A DNA stretch of 37,594 bases from Clostridia bacterium (GTDB lineage: Bacteria > Bacillota > Clostridia > UBA1381 > UMGS1253): positions 1 to 37,594 of the forward strand of contig JAZSGM010000125.1 of assembly GCA_045532715.1 (NCBI GenBank), in the 5' to 3' direction. The stretch's first letter is position 1; the number at the start of each line of letters is the position of its first letter. Of this stretch, positions 25,685 to 34,065 are shown piece by piece. Both the position numbers and the translations under genes were made by a program. The notes below the pieces were generated by a model. That model was not told where the DNA came from and searched no databases. It saw only the letters and a program-made list of their open reading frames with translations.

Positions 25685-27568
25685 TCAATATCCTATTCTG
25701 CCCAGATTGCTTGCAGAACAGAGCTTCAAATACTCTAAATTCTGTTTTATTTTTCCGGTACCGGAAAAGCTGAGCCGGGCCTCTTCAAGCTCCTCAATAC
25801 ACTCGATTCTGCCCGAAAGATAATCATCTACTCGCGCAATTGCCGTTTCCAGTCTTGCCGCAACACCGCCGTGGCGGATATCAATCACTTCCCAGCCAAT
25901 CGGCTTGTACTCGTCAAAGTAATGCGCACGGTGCGCCTTGCGGAGTACATGCGCATCCTCCAAAAGTGTCGGCAGGGTTTCGTCACGCAGCTTTGCAAGC
26001 GCTTCTTTATCGCCCGCCTGATAAGCAGCATACAGCTTTTGACCGATGTTTGCCTTGACCTTCAGCACCTTACAAAGTGCGGCATAATACGCAAACATCA
26101 ATTTAAAATCCGGGAACTGTACAGCACTTTCTTCAAACTGCTTTTGCAGCTTATCGTAGTGCGGATAATAATCATAATTGCCCAAATCCGCATCCATGAG
26201 TCCCAAAAGCACATCCGGCCACATAATTGCACGTGTAACGGAAATGTTATCCGGATTGCTGTCGGTTACACCCGGTACGGAATCAAGTGCATCAATTGCA
26301 ATTAGAGCATCCCAGGAGAGCTTTGTGCTCGCCGCCAGGCGCTCCGCAACCAAACTGCGCGGCGCGTCGTCGCCATAGACAAGCTCAGCCGTCATCTGCA
26401 GACTCGGCAGTACGGCAAAGGTGCTGCTTTCTCTGCCGTCATCTCCCCAAAGACAGGAAAAAACCTCACGCACACCCTTTTGCTTGCATACCTGCATACC
26501 GACTTTAGTTGTAATTTCGGATTTTGTATAGTGCGCACCGAACGTACGCACATTTCTCGAGCAGCAGGCCCAAATCACTCTGTCGGTCAGATACTGCGTC
26601 TTTTCTATCATCGCACCAAAAAACGCCGGATCGGTTGTGTAATAGTCCCAATAAATCAATGACATATTGTCCGGAACGTTTGCCCGATCCGCCTCATCAA
26701 AAACGATGTCGAGCCTTCTATACGGATCATGCGGATTTTTCAGCTTTGCCCGGAAAGGCATGTCGCCCCACATCATGGGTTGCATATCATGCTTTTTAAG
26801 CAGCAGCGTTACCTTTTCCAAATGGGTCTTCATGATCTCAGAGGAGGGGCAGTACCCGTGCTTGCCAAAGTATTTTCCCATACCAAGATCAAAGGCTTCG
26901 TCTAATCCAATGTGAATCCGCTTGCTACGATATGCCTTTTTCATCGTTAAAATCATTTTTTCAATCAAGGCATATGTTTTTTCCTCGCCTACCAGCATAA
27001 TGGTTTTTGTGTCTGCAATATCCTGATAGGCTTCCTTTTTTAAAAGTTCCGGCAAATGTCCGAGTGTCTGAATGCAAGGAATCATCTCTATGCCGAGATT
27101 ATACGCATAATCATCAATTTCCTGCAGCTCTTTGAGCGTATAGCGCGTACGCATATAGCCAAAGTACGGCTCACCCTCAATTTCATAGGTATCCTCGCAA
27201 TAGAGCATCGACATGTTATAGCCCATACCCGCCAGCATTAAAAGCATCTTTTTCAAGCTTTGCACCGACATCTGCGAATTTGCCTGTGCGCCGTCAAACA
27301 TCGTACCAAGCGTATCAAAATAGCAGGTTTCCTCATGCACAAAGCGCTCCTTATTTGCATACGGCTTTAAAAGCACAAGCGCACGAAACAGCTGGTACGG
27401 CTTTGCAACCGTAATTTTCGCTGTTTTGCCGCTCTTTTCAATTTTAATTTTATTGCCGCCAATGCTTGCCTCAACTTCTGCATCATAAGCATCAAAATTA
27501 TGAAATGCCGAAAATTCTTTTAATCCGTTTTCATATTGCGGCGCAAAACCGTTTAACGTAATTTTCAT
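25685..27568 (-). CDS. Glycoside hydrolase family 20 beta-N-acetylhexosaminidase, cytoplasmic (no signal peptide)
   Basis: 627 aa. Catalytic-pair region RIHIGLDEAF (GH20 H-x-G-x-D-E), TIM-barrel landmarks (MLYCEDTY, IPCIQTLGH), and a long helical C-terminal domain. Confidence 0.75.
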   Translation of the reverse strand: MKITLNGFAPQYENGLKEFSAFHNFDAYDAEVEASIGGNKIKIEKSGKTAKITVAKPYQLFRALVLLKPYANKERFVHEETCYFDTLGTMFDGAQANSQMSVQSLKKMLLMLAGMGYNMSMLYCEDTYEIEGEPYFGYMRTRYTLKELQEIDDYAYNLGIEMIPCIQTLGHLPELLKKEAYQDIADTKTIMLVGEEKTYALIEKMILTMKKAYRSKRIHIGLDEAFDLGMGKYFGKHGYCPSSEIMKTHLEKVTLLLKKHDMQPMMWGDMPFRAKLKNPHDPYRRLDIVFDEADRANVPDNMSLIYWDYYTTDPAFFGAMIEKTQYLTDRVIWACCSRNVRTFGAHYTKSEITTKVGMQVCKQKGVREVFSCLWGDDGRESSTFAVLPSLQMTAELVYGDDAPRSLVAERLAASTKLSWDALIAIDALDSVPGVTDSNPDNISVTRAIMWPDVLLGLMDADLGNYDYYPHYDKLQKQFEESAVQFPDFKLMFAYYAALCKVLKVKANIGQKLYAAYQAGDKEALAKLRDETLPTLLEDAHVLRKAHRAHYFDEYKPIGWEVIDIRHGGVAARLETAIARVDDYLSGRIECIEELEEARLSFSGTGKIKQNLEYLKLCSASNLGRIGY

Positions 27569-27570
27569 AT

Positions 27571-28728
27571 TTATATCTCCTTAGATAACAATGTCTTTTG
27601 TATATTTAACTCCGCATCCCAAAATGCAAGATCTGCGTACTTGCCAACCTCTAAGCTACCCTTCACATTATCCAGTCCGATAATGCGTGCCGGCGTTTTG
27701 CTCAGCATCTTTACCGCCGTCGGCAAATCTACGCCGCATTTTTTGTGCGCCCACCTAAGCATAATATCCCCCGTTGCAATGCTGCCCGCAAAAAAGCTTC
27801 TGTCCGGCAGCTTCGCTACGCCGTCTTCGATGATAACGCGATTTTCCGGAAGCTTCGCCCCGAGGAAGCTTTCCGTTACATTCGTGCCTGCCGCACGCAT
27901 TGCATCCGAAGTCAAATTGATTTTATCCGCACCCTTAACCTTAAGCGCCAACAAAAGCACCTCTTTTGCCAAATGACAGCCGTCGGCAATCAACTCAATA
28001 TCCATATCGTCTAAAATATACGCCGCCTCACGCACGCCGGCATATAAAACCTGATTGATTTTTCGCACGGTCGGTGTATTCGAATACAAATGAGTAAAAT
28101 GGCTAAAGCCCATTGCGTACGCCTTTTCCACATCTGCATAAATCGCATCGCTGTGTCCAACGGACAAAACAATACCACGCTTTTTAAATTCACTTGCAAG
28201 GTACTCAATGCCCGGAAGCTCCGGCGCCGCTGTGCACATTTTAACAATATCCCCACCGCGCTCCAGAAGCTCGTCTATCTCTGCTTTTTCCGGATTGCGA
28301 ACATAGGCGGGATTTTGCGCGCCTTTCTGCTCCATAGAGATATATGGTCCTTCCAAATGCAGACCGGCATAGTGCACGCAGCCCTTATCCTTTAACTTAC
28401 GGTACATATCAAAAAGCGCATACATTTGCTCCGGTGGACAAGCCACCGCCGTTGGCAGAAGCGTTGTTGTGCCATGTGCGCGATGCGCCGCGGCAATACC
28501 GTCAAACGCTTCCTCTGTTGCATCCATAAAATCGTAGCCACCGCCACCGTGCAGATGAATCTCCACAAATCCCGGCGTTACATAGGCGCCGTTTGCGTCT
28601 ATCACGTTCGCTTTTGCCGGGATTGCGCCTGTATAGCCAACCTCTTTGATTTTACCGTCCTGCACAACAAGCGCGCCTTCGATGACGCTCTCCGGCGTAA
28701 CCAGCTTTGCATTTTTAATAAATGTCAT
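27571..28728 (-). CDS. nagA: N-acetylglucosamine-6-phosphate deacetylase
   Basis: FVEIHLHGGGGYDFMD, HLEGPY, GHSDA, and the NagA amidohydrolase pattern. ATG 28728 (MTFIKNAKLV) is preferred over the track GTG at 28737. Confidence 0.9.
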   Translation of the reverse strand: MTFIKNAKLVTPESVIEGALVVQDGKIKEVGYTGAIPAKANVIDANGAYVTPGFVEIHLHGGGGYDFMDATEEAFDGIAAAHRAHGTTTLLPTAVACPPEQMYALFDMYRKLKDKGCVHYAGLHLEGPYISMEQKGAQNPAYVRNPEKAEIDELLERGGDIVKMCTAAPELPGIEYLASEFKKRGIVLSVGHSDAIYADVEKAYAMGFSHFTHLYSNTPTVRKINQVLYAGVREAAYILDDMDIELIADGCHLAKEVLLLALKVKGADKINLTSDAMRAAGTNVTESFLGAKLPENRVIIEDGVAKLPDRSFFAGSIATGDIMLRWAHKKCGVDLPTAVKMLSKTPARIIGLDNVKGSLEVGKYADLAFWDAELNIQKTLLSKEI

Positions 28729-28738
28729 ATCCTTCACC

Positions 28739-29587
28739 TTACTTGTTGTAAATACGAATTTCCGGCACCGGGGACTGCAGCGCTACACCTGCGGCATAGA
28801 GCTTTGCATTCGGATGATTCTGGAACAGCGAGCACGGTACCTTTGCCGTAATGCCGCCGTGCAGCACCTTACGCAGTGCGCCTGCATTCCAGTCACGCGG
28901 CATGCACATACGCACCTTCTTTGCCATAAACATTTCCTTCATGCCCACTGTAATGCAGTATTCCGGAATACCGTCCAGATCACCGCTACAGTTCATAAAG
29001 CAGTTGATGGTTTTGGTTTCTCTCGAAATTTTAAGCACACGTGTCGGGCGGTTTACAAACTCCTCGTTGTCTACCGGCTCGCCCGGTTCCGGCGGTTCGT
29101 TGAACGCAAAGTGACCGTTGATGCCGATACCGCCCCAAGCCATATCCAGCTTACCGTACTTTTCAATCAGCTCCATAACAAGACCTTCGTTACCCGGTGC
29201 CGGGAAAATTCTGTTTTCCGGCAGCACATTAAGTTCCTCGTCAATCTTGCTGTAGAAAATGCGGTTCATACCGCCACGGAAGGACAGCGGATCACTCTCA
29301 TCGATGTACTCGTGGTCATTTTTGAGGTACTCATCCATATTGATAAAGCAGCAGTTCTTCAGGCTGATGCGATACTTGTTTACCAAGTACACCAATCTGC
29401 TGTAAGGACCGATCGGACCATACGGCACAACCATCAGTGTCGGCTCACCCTTGCGGTTGTTTTCCGCAATGCATTCCACAACCTCAATTGCCATTTTCCA
29501 ATACAAATCGTGCTCTGTTTCACATACATCCAATACAATATTGGACCCCTTGCCCAGCTCTTCTGCCGGAATTCTGTTGATATCCAT
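28739..29587 (-). CDS. nagB: Glucosamine-6-phosphate deaminase/isomerase-family protein (atypically long, 282 aa)
   Basis: INMDEY and GGIGINGHFAFNEP motifs of the NagB/6-phosphogluconolactonase superfamily. The C-terminal third diverges from canonical NagB. It is 1 nt upstream of nagA. Confidence 0.65.
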   Translation of the reverse strand: MDINRIPAEELGKGSNIVLDVCETEHDLYWKMAIEVVECIAENNRKGEPTLMVVPYGPIGPYSRLVYLVNKYRISLKNCCFINMDEYLKNDHEYIDESDPLSFRGGMNRIFYSKIDEELNVLPENRIFPAPGNEGLVMELIEKYGKLDMAWGGIGINGHFAFNEPPEPGEPVDNEEFVNRPTRVLKISRETKTINCFMNCSGDLDGIPEYCITVGMKEMFMAKKVRMCMPRDWNAGALRKVLHGGITAKVPCSLFQNHPNAKLYAAGVALQSPVPEIRIYNK

Positions 29588-29692
29588 AAAGAATCATCCT
29601 TTCAATTTAAATTTCTAACTTAATTATAACAAGTCAGAAATATACATTCTACATCAATATTGCTGTTTTTTAGCACAATTCTGCTGACGCAT

Positions 29693-29721
29693 TTGACACT
29701 TTCTCATCTAACAGCTATAAT
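29693..29721 (+). promoter_or_regulatory. Consensus sigma-A promoter of the AraC regulator at 29754
   Basis: TTGACA (29693-29698), exactly 17 nt spacer, TATAAT (29716-29721). Both hexamers are perfect. Confidence 0.6.
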
Positions 29722-29753
29722 TTAAATAACCAACGTGAAAGGGAAGTGTACAA

Positions 29754-30575
29754 ATGCGCTATACCACAGAATATGTCTCAGACGATTATCTGCATATGAA
29801 TTCCTGTTATGTACAATATCTTTACGACCGCGACAGGGGCTCTTATCGTCCGGACGGACGTAAGGACTATCTGCTTTTGTATATCGCCGAAGGCAAATGC
29901 TATGCGTCCGTGAATCAGAAGAAGCAATGTATCGAAGCCGGCAATCTTATTTTATTCCGTCCGGGCGAACCGCAGGCATATAACTTTAAAATGGATGACC
30001 GCTCCATTCTCTGCTCCATTCATTTCACCGGCACCGGTTGCGACACCCTTTTAAAGGAAATTGATATGCAGGATAAAAACATACTGTATGTCGGCAGCAG
30101 CAAAAAAATACTTTCTGTTTTCGAAAAAACCACAAGAGAATATACGCTGAAAACACCGGAATATCAGAGCTTTTGCGACGCCTACCTCTTTGAGCTTTTT
30201 GCCAGCATCAAGCGCCAGCTTGCCTATAAAGACAATCCGACCTATATCAAAAATAACGCTCTGATCGATGCGGTTTGCCGCCTGATGTATGCTGAATATG
30301 CCCAAAGCATTCCCTTAGAGCGTTATGCCGATTTTTGCCATTTAAGCATAAGCCGCTTTGCGCATATGTTCAAAAGCTGTACCGGCTCTTCTCCGCTCGA
30401 ATATATTATGCGCATCCGTATTGAAAAAGCCATGCACTACCTCGTTTACACAGATCTTCCCATCACGGAAATTGCCAGTCTTACCGGATTTTCCTCACAA
30501 AACTATTTTGGTCGTATCTTCAAGCGCTTCACCGGTACAACGCCAAAAAAATTCATTGATGAAAACAGAGTGTAA
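29754..30575 (+). CDS. AraC-family transcriptional regulator (cupin plus HTH), divergent from the nagB-nagA-GH20 operon
   Basis: 273 aa. C-terminal AraC HTH (FCHLSISRFAHMFKSCTGSSPLEY...IASLTGFSSQNYFGRIFKRFTGTTPKKF). Confidence 0.85.
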   Translation: MRYTTEYVSDDYLHMNSCYVQYLYDRDRGSYRPDGRKDYLLLYIAEGKCYASVNQKKQCIEAGNLILFRPGEPQAYNFKMDDRSILCSIHFTGTGCDTLLKEIDMQDKNILYVGSSKKILSVFEKTTREYTLKTPEYQSFCDAYLFELFASIKRQLAYKDNPTYIKNNALIDAVCRLMYAEYAQSIPLERYADFCHLSISRFAHMFKSCTGSSPLEYIMRIRIEKAMHYLVYTDLPITEIASLTGFSSQNYFGRIFKRFTGTTPKKFIDENRV

Positions 30576-30613
30576 AAAAAGCTTCTCTGCATTTTTAGCA
30601 GAGAAGCTTTTTC
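30574..30613. terminator. Bidirectional terminator between the convergent AraC gene and rhaA
   Basis: 12-bp stem AAGCTTCTCTGC (30579-30590) / GCAGAGAAGCTT (30598-30609) with a 7-nt loop. A-run before, T-run after. Confidence 0.8.
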
Positions 30614-30617
30614 TCAT

Positions 30618-31862
30618 TTATCTCTTGAGTAATACTTCTTTTTCGTACGTTTTCACTTCTTCAAACCAGCTCTGGTCAGCTGCTACACCGCACTGCTTGC
30701 AGTACTCTGCCCAAACCTCGCCGATCGGAAGCATCTTAAGCTCTTCCTGGAGCACCAGAAGTTCGGTGGTTTCGTGTCTGTCCTGCAGCGCCTTCAGCTT
30801 TTCATTCGGCAAGCAAAGCGCAGTTAAAAGTGCCTTCTGCCAGCTGCGGAAGCCTACAACCCAGGATGCAATACGGTTAATGCTTGCATCAAAGTAATCG
30901 AGCGCCATGTAGGTTCTGTTCAAGCCATCACAACGAACGATTTCTTTTGCCATTTCGATGGTTTCGTCATCGTAGCGAACAGAATGGTCGCTGTCCCAGC
31001 GGATTGCACGTGTAATATGCAATGCAATTTCCGGGAAAAATGCAAGAAGCGCAGGAATCTTATCAGACACAACCTCCGTCGGATGATAGTGACCGTTGTC
31101 CATCAGCGGCAGACAGCCGTCATGCATTGCAGCAAAGCTTAAAGAAAACTCTGCCGAGCCTACGGTATATGCCTCTACGCCAATACCGAACACCTTGGAC
31201 TCCACACACGGCTTTACCAGGTTCGGATCGTGTGGCTCCGCTAAAATCTGCTCAATAGAATCCTTATAGCGCACACGCGGACCTAAGCGGTCAGACGGAA
31301 TATCCTTATAGCCGTCACCTGTCCAGATGTTCATTACGCACGGAATACCGGTTTCCTTAGCAAAATATTCGGAAATGCGGATACAAGCCTTGCCGTGATC
31401 AATCCAGAACTTGCGCGTTGCCTCATCCGGACTGGACAGTGTAAGCCCATCCTTTACCTTATCGTGAGAAAAGAAGGTCGGATTAAAGTCAATACCCATA
31501 CCGCGCGCCTTTGCAAACTCTACCCACTTTGCAAAATGCTTCGGTTCAATCGCATCACGGTCTGCAAACTCACCATTTTCAAAAATCGCGTAGCAAGCAT
31601 GCAAATTCAGCTTCTTTGTACCCGGCATCAGACTGATTGCCTTATCCATATCTGCCATCAGCTGCTCCGGTGTTGTTGCCTTGCCCGGGTAATTGCCGGT
31701 TGTCTGAATACCACCGGTCAGCGGGCCGTCGTGGTCAAAACCGATCACATCGTCACCCTGCCAGCAATGTAAGGATACCGGAACGGACTTCAAGGTCGCA
31801 ATTGCAGCATCCGTATCCACGCCGATTTTTTTATACAGTTCTCTTGCGCTTTCGTAGCTCAT
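30618..31862 (-). CDS. rhaA: L-rhamnose isomerase
   Basis: VPVSLHCWQGDDVIGFD near the N-terminus and overall co-linearity with E. coli-type RhaA (about 415 aa). ATG 31862 has GGAGG 8 nt upstream. The track start at 31907 adds 15 unsupported residues. Confidence 0.85.
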   Translation of the reverse strand: MSYESARELYKKIGVDTDAAIATLKSVPVSLHCWQGDDVIGFDHDGPLTGGIQTTGNYPGKATTPEQLMADMDKAISLMPGTKKLNLHACYAIFENGEFADRDAIEPKHFAKWVEFAKARGMGIDFNPTFFSHDKVKDGLTLSSPDEATRKFWIDHGKACIRISEYFAKETGIPCVMNIWTGDGYKDIPSDRLGPRVRYKDSIEQILAEPHDPNLVKPCVESKVFGIGVEAYTVGSAEFSLSFAAMHDGCLPLMDNGHYHPTEVVSDKIPALLAFFPEIALHITRAIRWDSDHSVRYDDETIEMAKEIVRCDGLNRTYMALDYFDASINRIASWVVGFRSWQKALLTALCLPNEKLKALQDRHETTELLVLQEELKMLPIGEVWAEYCKQCGVAADQSWFEEVKTYEKEVLLKR

Positions 31863-31895
31863 AAGATAACCTCCAAAATATAATTTGTTGCTTTC

Positions 31896-31924
31896 AGTAT
31901 ACCGCAAATCTCTCAGATGGTAAA
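31896..31924 (-). promoter_or_regulatory. Candidate rhaA promoter
   Basis: Minus strand: TTTACC (31924-31919), 17 nt spacer, TATACT (31901-31896). Lies between the upstream terminator and the rhaA RBS. Confidence 0.35.
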
Positions 31925-31933
31925 GAACGATAT

Positions 31934-31977
31934 TTTACAAAAATAGGACCATATTTTCCAAAACGGAAAATATGGTC
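31934..31977 (-). terminator. Intrinsic terminator of the upstream AraC gene, overlapping its stop codon
   Basis: Perfect 13-bp stem GACCATATTTTCC (31947-31959) / GGAAAATATGGTC (31965-31977) with a 5-nt loop. On the minus strand it is followed by CTATTTTTGT. The stop TGA (31978-31976) sits in the stem base. Confidence 0.75.
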
Positions 31978-32962
31978 ACAATCTGATTTTTTCATCCTCT
32001 TTATGCAGCTTACGGTATTCGTGTGGCGACATATGAAAACGCGCCCGGAATGCATGATAGAAATAGGTGCTGTTTTCATAGCCGACTGCCTGCATAATCT
32101 CCTGCACGGTCATATCTGTTTCAAGCAAATAAATCAGAGTTTGTCTGAACCTTTGCCGCAAAACAAGGTCTAAAAACCGCGCACCTGTGCGCTTTTTTAT
32201 AATTTTGCTCATTGAGGAGACCGAGTGATGCATTTTTTCGGCAAAATTCGTCAGGCTCGCATCACGGTAATGGTTGCGGATATACTGCAACGCGGCAGAT
32301 ACCAATAACTCCTCATAGTCCTGCGCGGAATCTGCGCCGATGGTATCCATATTGTTGGACAGATGCAGAAAAATCAGTCCCATCGTTACCTGGTTGATTG
32401 TATCGTCACGTCGCGCATCCGACAAAAGGGATTCCGTGATATTTTCCATCAGATTTTCAATTGCGCGGTTTCCGCCACAATGAAAATGTAAATACTGTGC
32501 CGCGCCCGACTCTAACGCAAGTGCACCGATCAGGAATTCCTCCAAGGCACCGCCGCCGTCCTTCTTGAGCATCACAAGCGGTGTGTCAAAAAACGCCGGC
32601 AAGATAATAAAATTCAATCCGATATCGTTTTTGGACGCCTTTTTCACTGCATGTCTGACATGCTGATTCATAAACAGCAAATCACCGCTGTGCATGGTAA
32701 TTTCCCGCCCATCAATGACATGCGTAATTGTGCCGCTGCAGACATACATCACTTCCACATAATTATGTCCGTGCAACGGAAAATCCGCAAAGCGGGTATG
32801 GGGACGAACCGTGATATAGTCACCGATTGACAGCAATTTTTCCGATTCCACCTCAAAAGCAGTATGGTCGGTGTACAACTGCCAATCAATACTTTTTCCG
32901 TCTAATATCCCCTGTTCCTCCGGCGAAATTTCCCGAAGTGCACAAAGTAATGATTCACGCAC
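31976..32962 (-). CDS. AraC-family transcriptional regulator (cupin plus HTH), RhaR/RhaS-like by position
   Basis: Cupin region (FPLHGHNYVEVMYVCSG...HSGDLLF) and a C-terminal AraC HTH (IMQAVGYENSTYFYHAFRARFHMSPHEY). GTG 32962 lies 8 nt after GGAGG. The track start at 32971 overlaps the RBS. Confidence 0.8.
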   Translation of the reverse strand: MRESLLCALREISPEEQGILDGKSIDWQLYTDHTAFEVESEKLLSIGDYITVRPHTRFADFPLHGHNYVEVMYVCSGTITHVIDGREITMHSGDLLFMNQHVRHAVKKASKNDIGLNFIILPAFFDTPLVMLKKDGGGALEEFLIGALALESGAAQYLHFHCGGNRAIENLMENITESLLSDARRDDTINQVTMGLIFLHLSNNMDTIGADSAQDYEELLVSAALQYIRNHYRDASLTNFAEKMHHSVSSMSKIIKKRTGARFLDLVLRQRFRQTLIYLLETDMTVQEIMQAVGYENSTYFYHAFRARFHMSPHEYRKLHKEDEKIRL

Positions 32963-33023
32963 ACAGACCACCTCCTTTTCTATTCTTATAATAATAGAAG
33001 GGGATGGTTTTTGTCAAGAAAAG

Positions 33024-33473
33024 TTATTTTTTCTTTTTCTTGCGTCTGTGCTTATCCCGCTTTTCCGGTACAGTCTGTCCCGCAACCCCACCAATGCCAC
33101 CCGCCATCGTGCCGATGAGCATAAATATTGCCGTACGCACCGAAAAGTCAAAGTCGCGAATCCAAATCATCGAAAAAGCATATAAAAGCACCCAATAGCA
33201 TACGCCGACTGCCGCGCCCAATACAAATCCGTGTCCATGCGCTCCCTTACCCGTAAGCCTTGCACCAAAAAACAGCGAAAGCAGTGCGCACACCGTTGCA
33301 ACGGGCACAACCCATTTATCATCCACGCCGCCCCAATACACAACCGCTGCAAATACGGCAACTGCAATCCATGTGCCCGCAAAGGCCATAAACAGTGAAA
33401 GCAGAATACGGAGCAGCAGAGACCTCCACACCGGCGTTGCTTCCTTTTGAACAGCAGTATTCAAACCAGACAT
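33024..33473 (-). CDS. Small integral membrane protein, YrzE/TIGR04086-like, with poly-Lys C-terminus
   Basis: Four hydrophobic segments, a Gly-rich last TM (GTMAGGIGGVAG), and the tail KRDKHRRKKKKK. Its position next to yajC matches yrzE in Bacillus, from memory. The start is uncertain: ATG 33473 has no RBS, and ATG 33545 and TTG 33560 overlap yajC. Confidence 0.5.
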   Translation of the reverse strand: MSGLNTAVQKEATPVWRSLLLRILLSLFMAFAGTWIAVAVFAAVVYWGGVDDKWVVPVATVCALLSLFFGARLTGKGAHGHGFVLGAAVGVCYWVLLYAFSMIWIRDFDFSVRTAIFMLIGTMAGGIGGVAGQTVPEKRDKHRRKKKKK

Positions 33474-33513
33474 AAAAAAACATCCGAACACAGTATCACT
33501 ATACTGTATTCGG
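33474..33513 (-). terminator. Intrinsic terminator after yajC
   Basis: Minus-strand RNA: CCGAAUACAGUAU-AGUG-AUACUGUGUUCGG (13 bp, one G-U pair), then AUGUUUUUUU. Confidence 0.7.
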
Positions 33514-33525
33514 AGACCTTGTGTT

Positions 33526-33879
33526 TTATTCTGCTGTTTTTTCATCAGCCGGCGCTTCAAGTTCTTCTGCCGGGGCAGCCTCTTCCTTCACATCTGCCTT
33601 CTTAACAACATCACGCACTGCCCACTTCGAAAAGCGGATGATGCTCTGTTCGTTTGCGTTACCTGTTTTACCGGTCTGCAGGAAAATTTCATCTTCCTTT
33701 ACCTTGACAATCTTGCCGATAATACCGCCAATGGTGGTAATTACATCGCCAACGGCAAGTGCTGCAAGCATTTCCTTTGTTTCTTTTTCCTTCTTGCGTT
33801 GCGGACGAATCATCATAAAATACATGATTGCAAACATCACAATCAGCAATACAAACGGCTGAAATGCATTCGGGTTCAT
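33526..33879 (-). CDS. yajC: Preprotein translocase subunit YajC
   Basis: 117 aa. Single N-terminal TM followed by MIRPQRKKEKE...LAVGDVITTIGGIIGKIVKV, the YajC signature. GGAGAG RBS. Confidence 0.9.
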   Translation of the reverse strand: MNPNAFQPFVLLIVMFAIMYFMMIRPQRKKEKETKEMLAALAVGDVITTIGGIIGKIVKVKEDEIFLQTGKTGNANEQSIIRFSKWAVRDVVKKADVKEEAAPAEELEAPADEKTAE

Positions 33880-34001
33880 AATTATCTCTCCATTCTGCCG
33901 CTTTGCGGCTTTTTATTCTATGTTTTACAACATCTCCATAATTATACAACACTTCCGCGCCTTTTGCAAGATAAAAAACGAAAAAAGGCAACGCATTCAA
34001 A

Positions 34002-34031
34002 TTGACACCTGCCGCTTGTCTGTGGTAGAAT
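34002..34031 (+). promoter_or_regulatory. Candidate sigma-A promoter of the gene at 34066
   Basis: TTGACA (34002-34007), 18 nt spacer ending in extended -10 TGg, TAGAAT (34026-34031). Confidence 0.5.
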
Positions 34032-34065
34032 AAGTTGAATATTGCTTCATAAGGGGGGCAACAAC

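Noticed and set aside
28646-29623. 325-aa ORF on the + strand
   Set aside because: It is antisense to nagA and the nagB-like gene. It has no recognisable motifs or RBS, and it spans the junction of two real genes.
33897-33914. Small hairpin GCCGC-TTT-GCGGC followed by T5 on the + strand, upstream of yajC
   Set aside because: The stem is only 5 bp and there is no + strand gene for it to terminate. It may be incidental or a minor element of the yajC 5' UTR.
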